From: a virus
Virus record (IMG/VR): IMGVR_UViG_3300020166_000747
Direction: 5' to 3' (one strand)
DNA: 64,000 nucleotides
A program made the position numbers and the translations under genes. How positions within the stretch are numbered: the stretch's first letter is position 1; each line of letters starts with the position of its first letter. This document shows positions 9,036 through 19,421 of this stretch, in pieces. Under the pieces are notes generated by a model that was not told the origin of the DNA, did not search any database, and saw only the letters and a program-made list of their open reading frames with translations.

Positions 9036-10361
9036 TCATTTTCGTTCTTCTATGTAAGAAAAATTAATACCGTTACGCTGATATGACGTAATAAGATTAT
9101 TATAATTTTGTTGTAATCGTGCTATGTATGTACCTTCAGAGGTTTTTCTCTTGAAAAAGTTTTGCCCCAATGATAGGTTCACCCGCTTAATCTCATCTCT
9201 CAATTCAAGCAACCTTAATTTAGTATCTTCAGTACTATCATACGAATGTGAAAACACATCGTCGAAGGTATCATATCCTAATTGTTTCAGCGCAGATACA
9301 GTACCGACATCCGCCCACGTTAAAAAGGGCTGACCTAATAGGAATGGTTTAAAACTTTTCTCACTTAGGAACGTAGTATCATTCGTAGCCCATGTCTCGC
9401 ATATAAATTGATAATACGTATCGCTAAGATGATCTATATTGATAGTATTAACTAAATTTATATGCAGGTCTTCGGTTGATTCTTTACCGTTCTGAAGATT
9501 ACCCCACGATAGTACTTCCTTAATTGAATCTGTATATTCAATACCAGTGTAATTTACATACTGATATCGTATAAAGTCGTTGGTAGACTCATTGACATTA
9601 TTTAATTGAACAGTAGTATATTGATCTACCGATCCTCCCCAACTCCATATCATAGTGTCGAGTAAATTTTCTTTATGTAATACTGACATTGCATTAATTC
9701 TATGATCTCTTATTCGTCTATTATAGAATGTGTTCATGTACTTGCGGGTTTCATTTTGGACGAGATCATTTTTATACTTATCTAGGTAAGATTTGATATT
9801 CTGAGGCGTGTGCATTCCAAGACCTGCGCAACTCCGTTCCCAGTAGTTTATCCACATTAATGTAATACCTGATGGGTCTGTTACAGGAGTGTTATAACGA
9901 TAATCGCCGGTTAGAAAAATCACACTACTCGGTTCAACGCCTAATAGTTTTTTAACATAGTTCATGTTTATACTATGATAACCTTCAAGCGCATGAAATA
10001 CCAATACCTTAACTTTACCTGCATTGATCTGTTTCCTAATATTATTAGGAATGTTAAATATTATATTATTCTGAATGAAATATTCATTAAGTTTGTCTGG
10101 ATCATTGTAAATTTCCTCCAATTGCTCCAAATGTGCAACACCTCTAGTCATCTGAGGCGAAATTGCATTCATAGCGAACTGATTAAAGTTTCCCTCAGAA
10201 TAGCACGATATTAAATAATATATCGTATCGTCATCTCCGTGATCAGTATTACGGAACTCTACCTGAGGTAATATAGTTAACGTGCTTAGTTCATCTGAAT
10301 TAACAATGTTATGGGGATAAAATTCTTCTTCTGACTGTACATATAGATATCTATTTGTCAT
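9036..10361 (-). CDS. Putative glycosyltransferase-like protein (paralogue of 4636..5859)
   Basis: Shares LEG, NYWE, YNRR..HR, WSWGG, ET..TFLSEKSFKPF..QPF and HSYD blocks with its paralogue. Confidence 0.5.
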   Translation of the reverse strand: MTNRYLYVQSEEEFYPHNIVNSDELSTLTILPQVEFRNTDHGDDDTIYYLISCYSEGNFNQFAMNAISPQMTRGVAHLEQLEEIYNDPDKLNEYFIQNNIIFNIPNNIRKQINAGKVKVLVFHALEGYHSINMNYVKKLLGVEPSSVIFLTGDYRYNTPVTDPSGITLMWINYWERSCAGLGMHTPQNIKSYLDKYKNDLVQNETRKYMNTFYNRRIRDHRINAMSVLHKENLLDTMIWSWGGSVDQYTTVQLNNVNESTNDFIRYQYVNYTGIEYTDSIKEVLSWGNLQNGKESTEDLHINLVNTINIDHLSDTYYQFICETWATNDTTFLSEKSFKPFLLGQPFLTWADVGTVSALKQLGYDTFDDVFSHSYDSTEDTKLRLLELRDEIKRVNLSLGQNFFKRKTSEGTYIARLQQNYNNLITSYQRNGINFSYIEERK

Positions 10362-11298
10362 TGGTGTATTCCGTCAATAATTGTCCAGCAATAATCTGAT
10401 TTGCAGAAGGCGTCCAATGACCACAAGACAAAAACATATCAGAGACATCAAAGTTGCTTTCTTTGTTCCATACGTTATCGATTGACCCTGACAGGTCTAC
10501 TCGTTTTAGCTTAGATTTCTTTTCTAGTTTTACTAAATTTTCATGAAACCAAGACAGATCCTCAGCACTGTACACTGTATCCAGGATAGGGTCGTTCAGT
10601 AGGTAATAAAAAGGAATATCCAATCCTCGACACATCCAATACATTTGAACAAAATAATTTTCACATTTAATTAAACTATTCAGTGGAGTCGCCCATTCAG
10701 CAAAATATGTCATATATTCTCGCTGGGCTTTGCGTAACACCTGTTTCTGGTTGATGCCCATTGTTTCTTCAGTAACTGGATTCTCAATAGTCTGATTGAA
10801 ACAAAAGGCTTTATTTTCATAAGTATTGTCATATAATATAGGACTATCAATATTATATCTATTATATACGTCAGTATAATTCATATAACTAGCTGAGATA
10901 GTAGAAAAGAATCTATTCAATGGGGCAAGGTTAAAAACAACTGCTTTTGTTTTTTTTGCGTACTCGGAATTAAACCATTGGTTCAAAATCTTCACTGTGT
11001 ATGTATTGTCAGCACCTGGCTGCCCTAAATTTATAAATTTAGTATCGCCGCTCAATTTATTAAGACAGTAATCAATTGTCTGGTGTGGTCCTACGCCATC
11101 ACCGTAAATAAAACTATCTCCGACTAATACTACAATATTTTCATATGAATCTATATCGTCGATATTAGTACGTGATGGCAAGTCACTTGGCCAATGGTCG
11201 TGGGAATGGTTAAAGGGAATTTTCTTTCCTTTGCCATCAAACCATGAAGTATCAGCAAAAGATGAAAATTGAGTATTTTTTATTCTATTATCTGGCAT
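10351..11298 (-). CDS. SGNH/GDSL hydrolase-like protein
   Basis: GDSFIYG, NLGQPGADN and CGHWTP. The start is uncertain (11298 or 11331). Confidence 0.65.
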   Translation of the reverse strand: MPDNRIKNTQFSSFADTSWFDGKGKKIPFNHSHDHWPSDLPSRTNIDDIDSYENIVVLVGDSFIYGDGVGPHQTIDYCLNKLSGDTKFINLGQPGADNTYTVKILNQWFNSEYAKKTKAVVFNLAPLNRFFSTISASYMNYTDVYNRYNIDSPILYDNTYENKAFCFNQTIENPVTEETMGINQKQVLRKAQREYMTYFAEWATPLNSLIKCENYFVQMYWMCRGLDIPFYYLLNDPILDTVYSAEDLSWFHENLVKLEKKSKLKRVDLSGSIDNVWNKESNFDVSDMFLSCGHWTPSANQIIAGQLLTEYTNDK

Positions 11299-11731
11299 AA
11301 TAATCTCCACAATGTCCGTAAATAGGTACATTTATATTTATATTTATATTTATATACACGTGTGGAGTTTCAAAATCTAAGAACACCGACTTTGGTCCAG
11401 GGATCAATACTTTGTGCAATCCCCATATGAAGCCGCCTGACGTGAAAACGTAGTCATCTGCGTCATGCGAAAACATATTTAATTTACTATCACTACCTAG
11501 TATCTCTGCTGATTTCCGATCTTTAAGATGCACGAATACATTAGGCTTATTCACTAGTTCATATTTAAATAATTCCTGAGGCTCATCATGACCGAAATAT
11601 AACTTTCCGTTGTATTCCTGTACATCGACTTCAATACCGAATCCCTGATTATAAGCGTGTTCTAAGTATGCAATCTTGTTCTCTTCTGAAGAAGGACCAG
11701 CAATGTTTCCTCTGTGTGCAATGTAAATCAT
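11288..11731 (-). CDS. Truncated glycerophosphodiester phosphodiesterase (GDPD/PLC-like) protein
   Basis: IAHRGN..EN..GIEVDV..GHD..VHLK. Confidence 0.7.
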   Translation of the reverse strand: MIYIAHRGNIAGPSSEENKIAYLEHAYNQGFGIEVDVQEYNGKLYFGHDEPQELFKYELVNKPNVFVHLKDRKSAEILGSDSKLNMFSHDADDYVFTSGGFIWGLHKVLIPGPKSVFLDFETPHVYININININVPIYGHCGDYYAR

Positions 11732-11758
11732 TTAAAGTCTCCCAATAAATTATAATTC

Positions 11759-12358
11759 TTACAATAATCCATTTAAAATCTCATACGTTTCTTTACTAGA
11801 GTTGACTCTATATACATGGTCTACGTCAGACCGCATTGCGGCTTCATATCCAACATCACTATCCTCAATGATACATGTCTCTGTTTTATTTACGCCAAGC
11901 AGTCGTATTGTTTCGTTGAATATATATGGGTCCGGTTTTCTCTTGTCTATGGGAAGATAGTTCGCAGTTAATACTACTTCAAACATATCTAAGTTGAATT
12001 GGTTCAATACACTGAAAACAAACTTGCTTCTTGCATTGCTTGCTAATGCAACTCGTTTGCGCTTTGATAGCTCACGTAGTTGATCGATTAACATAGTGTC
12101 CATGTGTACAGTGTTTAGGTTCGCATCAGTATAAACTTGTTTTAACTCGTACACAGAACCCGGATCGATACCCTGCGCAAATTTACTATTAATATAGTCA
12201 ATCTTATTGAGTGTCGGGATACCTTCAAGCAAATCTTCTAACTCTGTAGTTATATTGAAGTCGCTAACTTGTGCAACTGCCCAAGAAAATGATTTACGGT
12301 GCAATTGGTTAGCGTCTATTAAAGTTCCATCTAAATCAAATATATAACAATCATGCAT
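11759..12358 (-). CDS. HAD-family phosphatase/phosphomutase
   Basis: FDLDGTL, ASN, KPDP and IEDS motifs. Confidence 0.9.
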   Translation of the reverse strand: MHDCYIFDLDGTLIDANQLHRKSFSWAVAQVSDFNITTELEDLLEGIPTLNKIDYINSKFAQGIDPGSVYELKQVYTDANLNTVHMDTMLIDQLRELSKRKRVALASNARSKFVFSVLNQFNLDMFEVVLTANYLPIDKRKPDPYIFNETIRLLGVNKTETCIIEDSDVGYEAAMRSDVDHVYRVNSSKETYEILNGLL

Positions 12359-13049
12359 CGATATAACCTAAGTAGTCTTTTGGAGTCCCAATGGGGTTGA
12401 AGCTATCTACTTCAAACGCTTTAACTAAATTACCAGATTGTATTATATAATTATACAATGGCGCGATATAGAATTCACCTTCGCTTGTTAGATCAGATGC
12501 TTTGAAGAAATCATATGCTTCCATAAACAACTTACCCGATTGAAAATGATATTGACCAGTGTTTCTAAATTTCGATATAGGTTGTTTCTCTGCTATACCG
12601 TATACCCTCATGTTACTATCCACACAAGAATAGCTACTCTTTTTATCCCATTGACAATGTTCAACTAAGACAATACTACATTCGTTTGTATTTTTTGTAA
12701 ATGCATTAAAGTCTAAATCTAATACAAAGTCACAATCTGCAATTAACCAAGGTTCATTGATGTACTCGCTATCTTTTATAACATACGATGCACTAGTTGC
12801 TGCACCGTCCGTGTAGTAATCAATACTACTAATAATACCGTCTTTATAATTCGGTGAATACTTTTCTATATGCGATTCTTGAAATAGAAAATGATAACGC
12901 ACATCTGCATCATTGTCAATAGATAAACTATCCAATGCGTATGTAAACATTTGCTTACCATTAACGTCTATAAACGGTTTCGGAACATCCGAATAATCTG
13001 CAAAGCGGGAGCCCTTGCCCGCACACAATTGCAATATATTAAGTGTCAT
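12351..13049 (-). CDS. Sugar-phosphate nucleotidyltransferase (GT-A/NTP-transferase)
   Basis: LCAGKGSRF..PKPFI, DCD, EKQ, EFYI and GTP motifs. Confidence 0.85.
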   Translation of the reverse strand: MTLNILQLCAGKGSRFADYSDVPKPFIDVNGKQMFTYALDSLSIDNDADVRYHFLFQESHIEKYSPNYKDGIISSIDYYTDGAATSASYVIKDSEYINEPWLIADCDFVLDLDFNAFTKNTNECSIVLVEHCQWDKKSSYSCVDSNMRVYGIAEKQPISKFRNTGQYHFQSGKLFMEAYDFFKASDLTSEGEFYIAPLYNYIIQSGNLVKAFEVDSFNPIGTPKDYLGYIDA

Positions 13050-13050
13050 A

Positions 13051-14097
13051 CTATGCTTCTAATTCCCTAATAAAGGTTTTGATTTGACTTTCTACATTAT
13101 CACCTGAATGTAACCAGCCGCCCGTGTTTGCTAACCATTGGTTACCAATTTCATCACGTATATTTTTTGCAACATCTGGTGTCATCCCACAGCTTAAAGC
13201 TGCCCAAACATTGTGCTTCTGACACAGTGAAACCGCGTCACGTACTTCTTGGTGGTCGCCTGGATAATAGCCGCCAATCATACCTGCATGAATACTGTCG
13301 ATGCCTTGATAGATTGCTAGTTTTACAATTACTGTCCAATCAATGCCAAATGGATTACTGGGATCTGTGTACGCTCTGATGCCACTTCGTTGGAAGTGAG
13401 TGAATAGGTTGCGTTCATTGCTATCAGCATATGCGCCTAGCCCACTCCAGAAGTTAATGTGTACTCCATCACCTCGATATGCTTTAACTAAATCTAACTG
13501 CTCAATTAGATGTGCAGGATTACCATTAACGCAGTATGTGTATACAGTGTCAGGATGTTGTTCCATAATAGGCTGTATTAATTCTAATCGTCTTTCAAGC
13601 GGTAAATACGCTGGATCTCCAAGTATCTCATCTTCTTTTATAAAGTCTATCCCACCGTTACACATCTGCGTTACAATGTCAACTAACTGCGCGTCAGTTA
13701 ATCCAGCTTTGGGCTTGACGATGCTACCGATTAACGGACGATTGCGTGTCTCGTTAAGTTTCTTAGTTGGTGTTTTTTTAGTAAACGGCTGATTCAGTTC
13801 TATATCTACGATTCTGCATACGTTAATCAACCCGATGTCGCTTTGTCCACCATTAATCGTACATAACATCTGTCCGATATCTTTAAGTGAATGTAGGTTT
13901 CTCCATTTAAAATCGATAACAACTTTGTTATCATCGATTGATATTAGCTCTGCCATACTTTGGATAATACCGGCTGCTGTCTCATATGAACTTCTGATGT
14001 TGGGGTTACCAACACTCTGTCCAATTACAATAGCTTCTGCTGCCTTAGGTATATCAATGCTTTCGACATGATATGTCACTCTATACGAATCGTTCAT
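13051..14097 (-). CDS. RuBisCO-like protein (form IV, RLP)
   Basis: GSIVKPKAGL (K175/K177), GGIDFIKEDE (carbamylated K201-x-D-E), SCG and GG phosphate loops. H294 appears replaced (HFQR) and loop-6 K334 is absent (IGGYY). Confidence 0.85.
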   Translation of the reverse strand: MNDSYRVTYHVESIDIPKAAEAIVIGQSVGNPNIRSSYETAAGIIQSMAELISIDDNKVVIDFKWRNLHSLKDIGQMLCTINGGQSDIGLINVCRIVDIELNQPFTKKTPTKKLNETRNRPLIGSIVKPKAGLTDAQLVDIVTQMCNGGIDFIKEDEILGDPAYLPLERRLELIQPIMEQHPDTVYTYCVNGNPAHLIEQLDLVKAYRGDGVHINFWSGLGAYADSNERNLFTHFQRSGIRAYTDPSNPFGIDWTVIVKLAIYQGIDSIHAGMIGGYYPGDHQEVRDAVSLCQKHNVWAALSCGMTPDVAKNIRDEIGNQWLANTGGWLHSGDNVESQIKTFIRELEA

Positions 14098-14124
14098 ATT
14101 TACCTCTGTTAGTTATGTATGTAC

Positions 14125-14832
14125 TTATTTATACTCTTTAATACATGCATCAATATATTGCGCAATTAATTTATGTCCAGTTTCATCTGGGTGTCCCGAC
14201 CTCTTGAGATTAAAATCACTCAGGTCGTATCTAGAATTCGCATGCCAGTGCCAATCTGATGATGAAATGTCCTTTATTTTTCCGTCGGTTGCAACGTCAA
14301 GTAATGTTCTATCAGCAAAAACCATTCGATCAACACTATTATGAACTTTATTATCATAGAATGCATTAACATTGATGATTGGGATATCTTTAGCTAACCA
14401 ATGTGCAGTGCATAATTCATTATAAAATGTATCTATAAATTCATCATCTGCCAATGTTTTTGTCACAGACACAAAACGATCATGTGTATTGGTTTCTAAC
14501 TCCCAATCACAACGCCTGTTGGATGCTCTAAATTGTGAGGTCCATGCTAGAATTATTATATCAATAGTAGTATCCATTGTCAAGCGATCATGTAATATTT
14601 CTAATATTTGCCTATTAGACACGCCAGACTGACTTAGATTTTCTACCTGGTATTCACCGCTAAGAGATAGTATAGTTGACCACCGATGAGTGTCTACATA
14701 CGCATGATTTTTTTCACACTTTACAGTAAAATCCGGACCGTATTTTGTTATAGCTTCTTCTTCTGTACAAATAGAACGGTCCCATAATTCAGCGCCCCAT
14801 GTCCAACTATCACCTATACATAATACTTTCAC
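14125..14832 (-). CDS. SGNH/GDSL hydrolase-like protein
   Basis: GDSWTWG, NLSQSGVSN and GHPDETGHKLIA. Confidence 0.75.
   Translation of the reverse strand: MKVLCIGDSWTWGAELWDRSICTEEEAITKYGPDFTVKCEKNHAYVDTHRWSTILSLSGEYQVENLSQSGVSNRQILEILHDRLTMDTTIDIIILAWTSQFRASNRRCDWELETNTHDRFVSVTKTLADDEFIDTFYNELCTAHWLAKDIPIINVNAFYDNKVHNSVDRMVFADRTLLDVATDGKIKDISSSDWHWHANSRYDLSDFNLKRSGHPDETGHKLIAQYIDACIKEYK
14126..14133 (-). promoter_or_regulatory. T4-type late promoter for the RLP operon
   Basis: Perfect TATAAATA on the minus strand, 28 nt upstream of the RLP ATG, with a GAGG RBS between. Confidence 0.6.
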
Positions 14833-15155
14833 TCAACTACTACCTTATCGTTAAATCCTAAGCTAGGTGTTTTAACGCATACGATATGACATTCTTCTAA
14901 CAACTCTACAATCGTTACTTCCTTAGGATCAAATATGAATATGTCACCTGGTCCTAATGTTTCTCCGTTTGCAATTAAACTGCCAACAAGCAACAGATTG
15001 TACTCAGTAGATAACTCCTGATAATGTTTCTCTGGTGTATCTTCTTTCTTGTGAATTTGAAATCCAACTTCAAATTCTTCAGTTTTTAAAATTGCAGGTT
15101 CAAAGTTTCCTATGAACCACCCTCTTGTAAAGTTTTCAATACGTTCTCGTTTCAT
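14829..15155 (-). CDS. Cupin-domain protein (possible sugar epimerase/isomerase)
   Basis: GWFIGNFEP..HYQ..TEYN..GDIFI..VCVKTPS. Confidence 0.7.
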   Translation of the reverse strand: MKRERIENFTRGWFIGNFEPAILKTEEFEVGFQIHKKEDTPEKHYQELSTEYNLLLVGSLIANGETLGPGDIFIFDPKEVTIVELLEECHIVCVKTPSLGFNDKVVVE

Positions 15156-15173
15156 TTGACAAATCCTTTGGTA

Positions 15174-15213
15174 GATAAATAACTATGTATATAACTATAT
15201 GTGTATATTTATC
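15174..15213. promoter_or_regulatory. Overlapping opposed late promoters
   Basis: GATAAATA on + (15174-15181) and on - (15206-15213), between divergent genes. Confidence 0.55.
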
Positions 15214-15227
15214 AAGAGGTGAAATGA

Positions 15228-16166
15228 ATGAAAATTGGCGTATTATTAATGGGACAGGTTAGAAATTTTGACGTAACGACAGAATTTCTAAAAAAAGAAT
15301 TTGACTTGCCGGGAGTAGATGTAGACTATTTCTGCCATACGTGGGACTCAGTTGTTAATTTTTCACCATGGAATAATATGAAAACAACTGACGAAAGATT
15401 TTCTGATTTGCAGATGCATGATCAAGGCAAACTCATGGACACTATTAGCCTTATTAATCCAAAAAAATCCATTATAGAAAGTTATGACAAATTAGAAGAA
15501 ATTTTTGATACAATTTATCACCCAGAATACAAAAATGAGACAACCAATGTTGTACATGACAAATTTTTAGGATGTGGTTGGGCGGCTTTTGACAGTGATA
15601 GCACTCTCAAGTTCTCTGATTGGAATTACTATTTCAGTCTATTAGGTCAATTTTATAGTACTAGCCGGGCATTAGATTTGCTTTGTGAGTATGAAAGAGA
15701 AGTTGGAATAAAATATGATGTCATTGTGCGTTGGCGTTATGATTTGGTATCGAACACTCATTACCGAGATACTGATGCCCGTGTTAACCAATGGTGTGTT
15801 AACCCAATGAAACATGAACACGGAGATACTATATTCTTTAATTCTTTAAGTATCTGGCGGGGCATGCAATGCGCTACTGATCATATGTGGTTTGGGGCGG
15901 CTGGTGCATTTAAGAGTTATACCGCAAACTTTGATCAAAAATATATTAGTTTGGTTCGTGCAAAAATAATGAACAACAAGACAGTACTCAATGAAAACGC
16001 AGTACAAGATATTATTATTAATCAGAAGATGTCTTCTAAAGAATCCAGTATGGGATTAGCGGTCGTAAGACCTGGCGCAACTAAAGAAATGTCGTTTGAC
16101 GAATTATATGATTTGGAAATCGCACATGAAGCGCAAAAACGATCATTAGCATTGAGGAGTCAATAA
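15228..16166 (+). CDS. Putative GT-A-like glycan biosynthesis protein
   Basis: MKIGVLLMGQVR..FCHTWD..GQFYS..YDVIVRWRYD; paralogue of the next gene. Confidence 0.5.
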   Translation: MKIGVLLMGQVRNFDVTTEFLKKEFDLPGVDVDYFCHTWDSVVNFSPWNNMKTTDERFSDLQMHDQGKLMDTISLINPKKSIIESYDKLEEIFDTIYHPEYKNETTNVVHDKFLGCGWAAFDSDSTLKFSDWNYYFSLLGQFYSTSRALDLLCEYEREVGIKYDVIVRWRYDLVSNTHYRDTDARVNQWCVNPMKHEHGDTIFFNSLSIWRGMQCATDHMWFGAAGAFKSYTANFDQKYISLVRAKIMNNKTVLNENAVQDIIINQKMSSKESSMGLAVVRPGATKEMSFDELYDLEIAHEAQKRSLALRSQ

Positions 16167-16999
16167 TGAAGATAGCATTAGCATTTTTTGGACAGCCGAG
16201 AGGCATAGACAATGATATGATTATCGAACAATGGTTAAGGATACTAAGAGATTCTTCGGAAACTTGCACTTTTGACGTGTATGCTCATTTTTGGGATAAC
16301 CAAAGTAATACTAAAATTTCAGATACATATGAAGAATTTGTTAAAGAAACCCAAGTTGATGCTAACACACATTTTGACAAATTTATAAAGGCATTTAGAC
16401 CGAAACAACTACACATTGAGCCTTCAAACGTACTAGATAAATTATCTAGTTTGTATTTTAGCAATAATGAATATGTAAACGCACGAGTTGATCCGGCTAT
16501 TCCAAGTACTGGACGAGCGACTATTGGCCAATGGTATAGCACCGAACGGGTACTGGACCAGGTTATTAATAGCGGAGTAGAATATGATATAGTCATCAGA
16601 ATCAGACCAGATATAATATTCGAACAGACCGAAAGCCATCATAGATTTTTTGAATTTTCGCTAATAAACCATTTTAAGGCATGTGCTGTCGGTAACAGAT
16701 GTATTGGTGTTCCTTCTATAGAAATAAAATCAGGAACTCCGATTCTGAATGATTGGTGGACGGTTATGTACGGAGGTTTTGTTGAAGAGTTTAAAACAAA
16801 CTTAACAAAAAATATATCATCGCAAATCAATGCAATATTTACAACTTTAGATACACCAAATAGTATACAAGAAAATGCACTACACCGACATTGCATCAAA
16901 CTTGACATCAACGCAGTTTCAACAAAAGCTGAGGCGAGAATTTATAGAAAAGAAGAAGGAACTTGGGTATGGCCTAATTACTTAGTAGATAGCAAATAG
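16166..16999 (+). CDS. Putative GT-A-like glycan biosynthesis protein
   Basis: MKIALAFFGQPR..YAHFWD..GQWYS..YDIVIRIRPD; coupled to the previous gene by TAATG. Confidence 0.5.
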   Translation: MKIALAFFGQPRGIDNDMIIEQWLRILRDSSETCTFDVYAHFWDNQSNTKISDTYEEFVKETQVDANTHFDKFIKAFRPKQLHIEPSNVLDKLSSLYFSNNEYVNARVDPAIPSTGRATIGQWYSTERVLDQVINSGVEYDIVIRIRPDIIFEQTESHHRFFEFSLINHFKACAVGNRCIGVPSIEIKSGTPILNDWWTVMYGGFVEEFKTNLTKNISSQINAIFTTLDTPNSIQENALHRHCIKLDINAVSTKAEARIYRKEEGTWVWPNYLVDSK

Positions 17000-17004
17000 A
17001 TTAT

Positions 17005-18228
17005 CTACGTGTGATACTTAGTCTTAACACTGTCCCACGTACTTTGCATTTCTGCATTAGTATCTTTTCCACAGAAAATTGAACAAGTGCGTAAGCGTTT
17101 ATTTCTTACATTGTTATCGTTAAAGTTTTCGACATATTTTTCTTGGAACATTGGACCATCAATTATATCTTTCAGTGTAACATGGCGAAGAGAAATTTTA
17201 TCTTTACCATAATCATTGATAAACGATTTTAATTGTGATGTTTCTTCATTATCATATGCATAATACTTGCTTGCAGTGAAGCAACAGGGCCATACTAATC
17301 CTTCACTACTGACAAAGAAACTATCGGATTTCAAAACTAGACAATCAATTTTTGTAGAACCTAAATCTTTTTCCCATTGGGTCAATGGTCTAGTGTTATC
17401 CATTTTAAATGGCTTCGGAATATACTTAGGCCTATGTTCCTCTAACTTAAAAGTTTTTAATGCGTGTTTCGATTCTACATCCTCGCCGTCAACCTTGTTA
17501 AACGTTGTCTTACTAATATAATCCTTGATGACATTATTTTGCCAGCGACCTTCCATTGGAGGTTCAAGTACATAATCTAACTGTCCAGTTTCATTAAACA
17601 CATGCATTGCCGGAGTAGCCACTCTATCCGTATCACTATTGACAAATCCGAGTGCCTTTTTATGAAAGAAGTGATCAAACCCCATTTCTTTAGCTAGTGC
17701 CTCTGCTTCAGTAACTTGATGTTGATTGTGCTTGAATACTAAATAATCCCAACGTGCAGTTCCGCCAGCCCCTATATAATTTTTGGCTGCGGACATAATC
17801 TTATGCCAGTGAGTCCCACGACGATAGATATGGTTCGTATCTTCTAACCCATCGATACTAAAAGTAACATGCCCGTTACTACCGACAAGCCTACCTAAAT
17901 CCTGCCAGAACTTTTCATTACGTCCACTTGCATTAGTATTCATAGTCACTTTGATGTTTGGATTCAATTCCTTTGTGTACTCTAGAATTGAAATCAATTC
18001 TGGGTTTGTCATCGCATCGCCATAATTACCACAGAAAGAAATAGAAAATAATCTAGAGATTAATTCAACTGGGAACCATTTTTTGTATTGTTCTAACGTA
18101 ACATACGTTTCTGTAAACATCGGATTCTTTATACCGCCGGATTGTCGTCTGTTACAAACCGGACATAATGCGTTACACAAGCTGCTCACTTCTAAGTCCA
18201 AATGTTGTAGTCTGTCATATGTATACAT
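17005..18228 (-). CDS. Radical SAM protein with C-terminal SPASM/Twitch domain
   Basis: CNALCPVC, FCGNYGD, FSIDG and C-terminal C..GLVWPCC..CSIFC. Confidence 0.9.
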   Translation of the reverse strand: MYTYDRLQHLDLEVSSLCNALCPVCNRRQSGGIKNPMFTETYVTLEQYKKWFPVELISRLFSISFCGNYGDAMTNPELISILEYTKELNPNIKVTMNTNASGRNEKFWQDLGRLVGSNGHVTFSIDGLEDTNHIYRRGTHWHKIMSAAKNYIGAGGTARWDYLVFKHNQHQVTEAEALAKEMGFDHFFHKKALGFVNSDTDRVATPAMHVFNETGQLDYVLEPPMEGRWQNNVIKDYISKTTFNKVDGEDVESKHALKTFKLEEHRPKYIPKPFKMDNTRPLTQWEKDLGSTKIDCLVLKSDSFFVSSEGLVWPCCFTASKYYAYDNEETSQLKSFINDYGKDKISLRHVTLKDIIDGPMFQEKYVENFNDNNVRNKRLRTCSIFCGKDTNAEMQSTWDSVKTKYHT

Positions 18229-18230
18229 AA

Positions 18231-19421
18231 TTAATGTATCCTCTTAAATTCTGGTAAATAATCGCCGATAACTTGGTTACGTATCGTATCTAAGTTACGA
18301 GTGTATTCTTTTGCTTGTTCCCATTTCTCTGGTTTATCAGGTCCACCGAACATGTTTTTAAATTCTTTTAATTTGTAATCTTCAAATACATTACTAAATC
18401 GTTCATGTATGCTATCACGCATAGCTTTAGGTAATGCTGCAGGGGATAGAATGTCTGGATCATACACATAGTTATGATGAACCCATACTCCATGTTCTCT
18501 ATGGAAGAAGTTATAAAAGTCTCCTAGAGTAGAGTAGTTCATCCATGATACAGTTTGCGTTACATCAATTTCAAAGTCTTCTTCCTTAATACGTAAGAAG
18601 TTCTTCATAACAGTGTCCCATTTAGTTGGGTATCGAATGTAATGATTTCTATCACCTAGGTCGTCGATGCTACAACTAATCTTCACATGATCGAACTTTC
18701 TCCATAACTCTATCACTTCTTCACTCATTAGCGTCATGTTGATATTGTACCACAGTTTGATATCTGTTTTACCCATATCAACTAAACGCTCTAAGAACTT
18801 AAAGTGTTCTTTGATTAGTGTTGGTTCTCCACCATTAATATAGAATGTCTTTACTCTGTCGCAATGCTGTAGTAAGTCATTCCAGAACTCTTCACGTTCA
18901 GGCCATCTAAAGCCTTCCATCGTGTCATAGCTTGTGAGTTTGAATGTTGTACTGCTTTGTAGTTTGTCGTAATCGTTACGCCATTTAGATGATGATGCTG
19001 GATTACAAGTACGACATGCAACATTGCAAACATTACCTAATCTAAGCTCAACGAAATCGAGTTGTACATCTTTCATGTAGCCAGTATCGTCAGTGGCGTC
19101 CCTAGCGACTCCTACAGTGTACTCAGGATAGTTCTTAATCTCTTCTAACCGTTTGCTTTGCATACCTTTTGCTTCTTCCGAGTAACAACGCATACATGCC
19201 TTAGGCTTCTTTCCATCAAGTACTTGTACTCTTGCTTTGCGGAATGACTCGCTATTCATCGTTTCGAATACGGTATCTCTGTTGAGATTATAATAACGTC
19301 GATCACCATCTTTCGCACTACTAAGTGCTTGTCTGTGATCCGCAATACAGCAATGCGTCACACCCCCATGAGGATGTGTCGCTAGGTGTTGAAATAGTAA
19401 TGGGCAGAATGTATCAGTCAT
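18231..19421 (-). CDS. Radical SAM protein with N-terminal Twitch domain
   Basis: FCP..THCC..CMRC, then CNVACRTC and NGGEP. Confidence 0.9.
   Translation of the reverse strand: MTDTFCPLLFQHLATHPHGGVTHCCIADHRQALSSAKDGDRRYYNLNRDTVFETMNSESFRKARVQVLDGKKPKACMRCYSEEAKGMQSKRLEEIKNYPEYTVGVARDATDDTGYMKDVQLDFVELRLGNVCNVACRTCNPASSSKWRNDYDKLQSSTTFKLTSYDTMEGFRWPEREEFWNDLLQHCDRVKTFYINGGEPTLIKEHFKFLERLVDMGKTDIKLWYNINMTLMSEEVIELWRKFDHVKISCSIDDLGDRNHYIRYPTKWDTVMKNFLRIKEEDFEIDVTQTVSWMNYSTLGDFYNFFHREHGVWVHHNYVYDPDILSPAALPKAMRDSIHERFSNVFEDYKLKEFKNMFGGPDKPEKWEQAKEYTRNLDTIRNQVIGDYLPEFKRIH

Noticed and set aside
13051-14097. True CO2-fixing RuBisCO
   Set aside because: It is too short, apparently lacks H294 and loop-6 K334, and no phosphoribulokinase or small subunit is in the window.
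15157-15190. Sigma70 promoter at TTGACA 15157
   Set aside because: There is no convincing -10 at 16-18 bp. The TAAATA boxes explain the region better.
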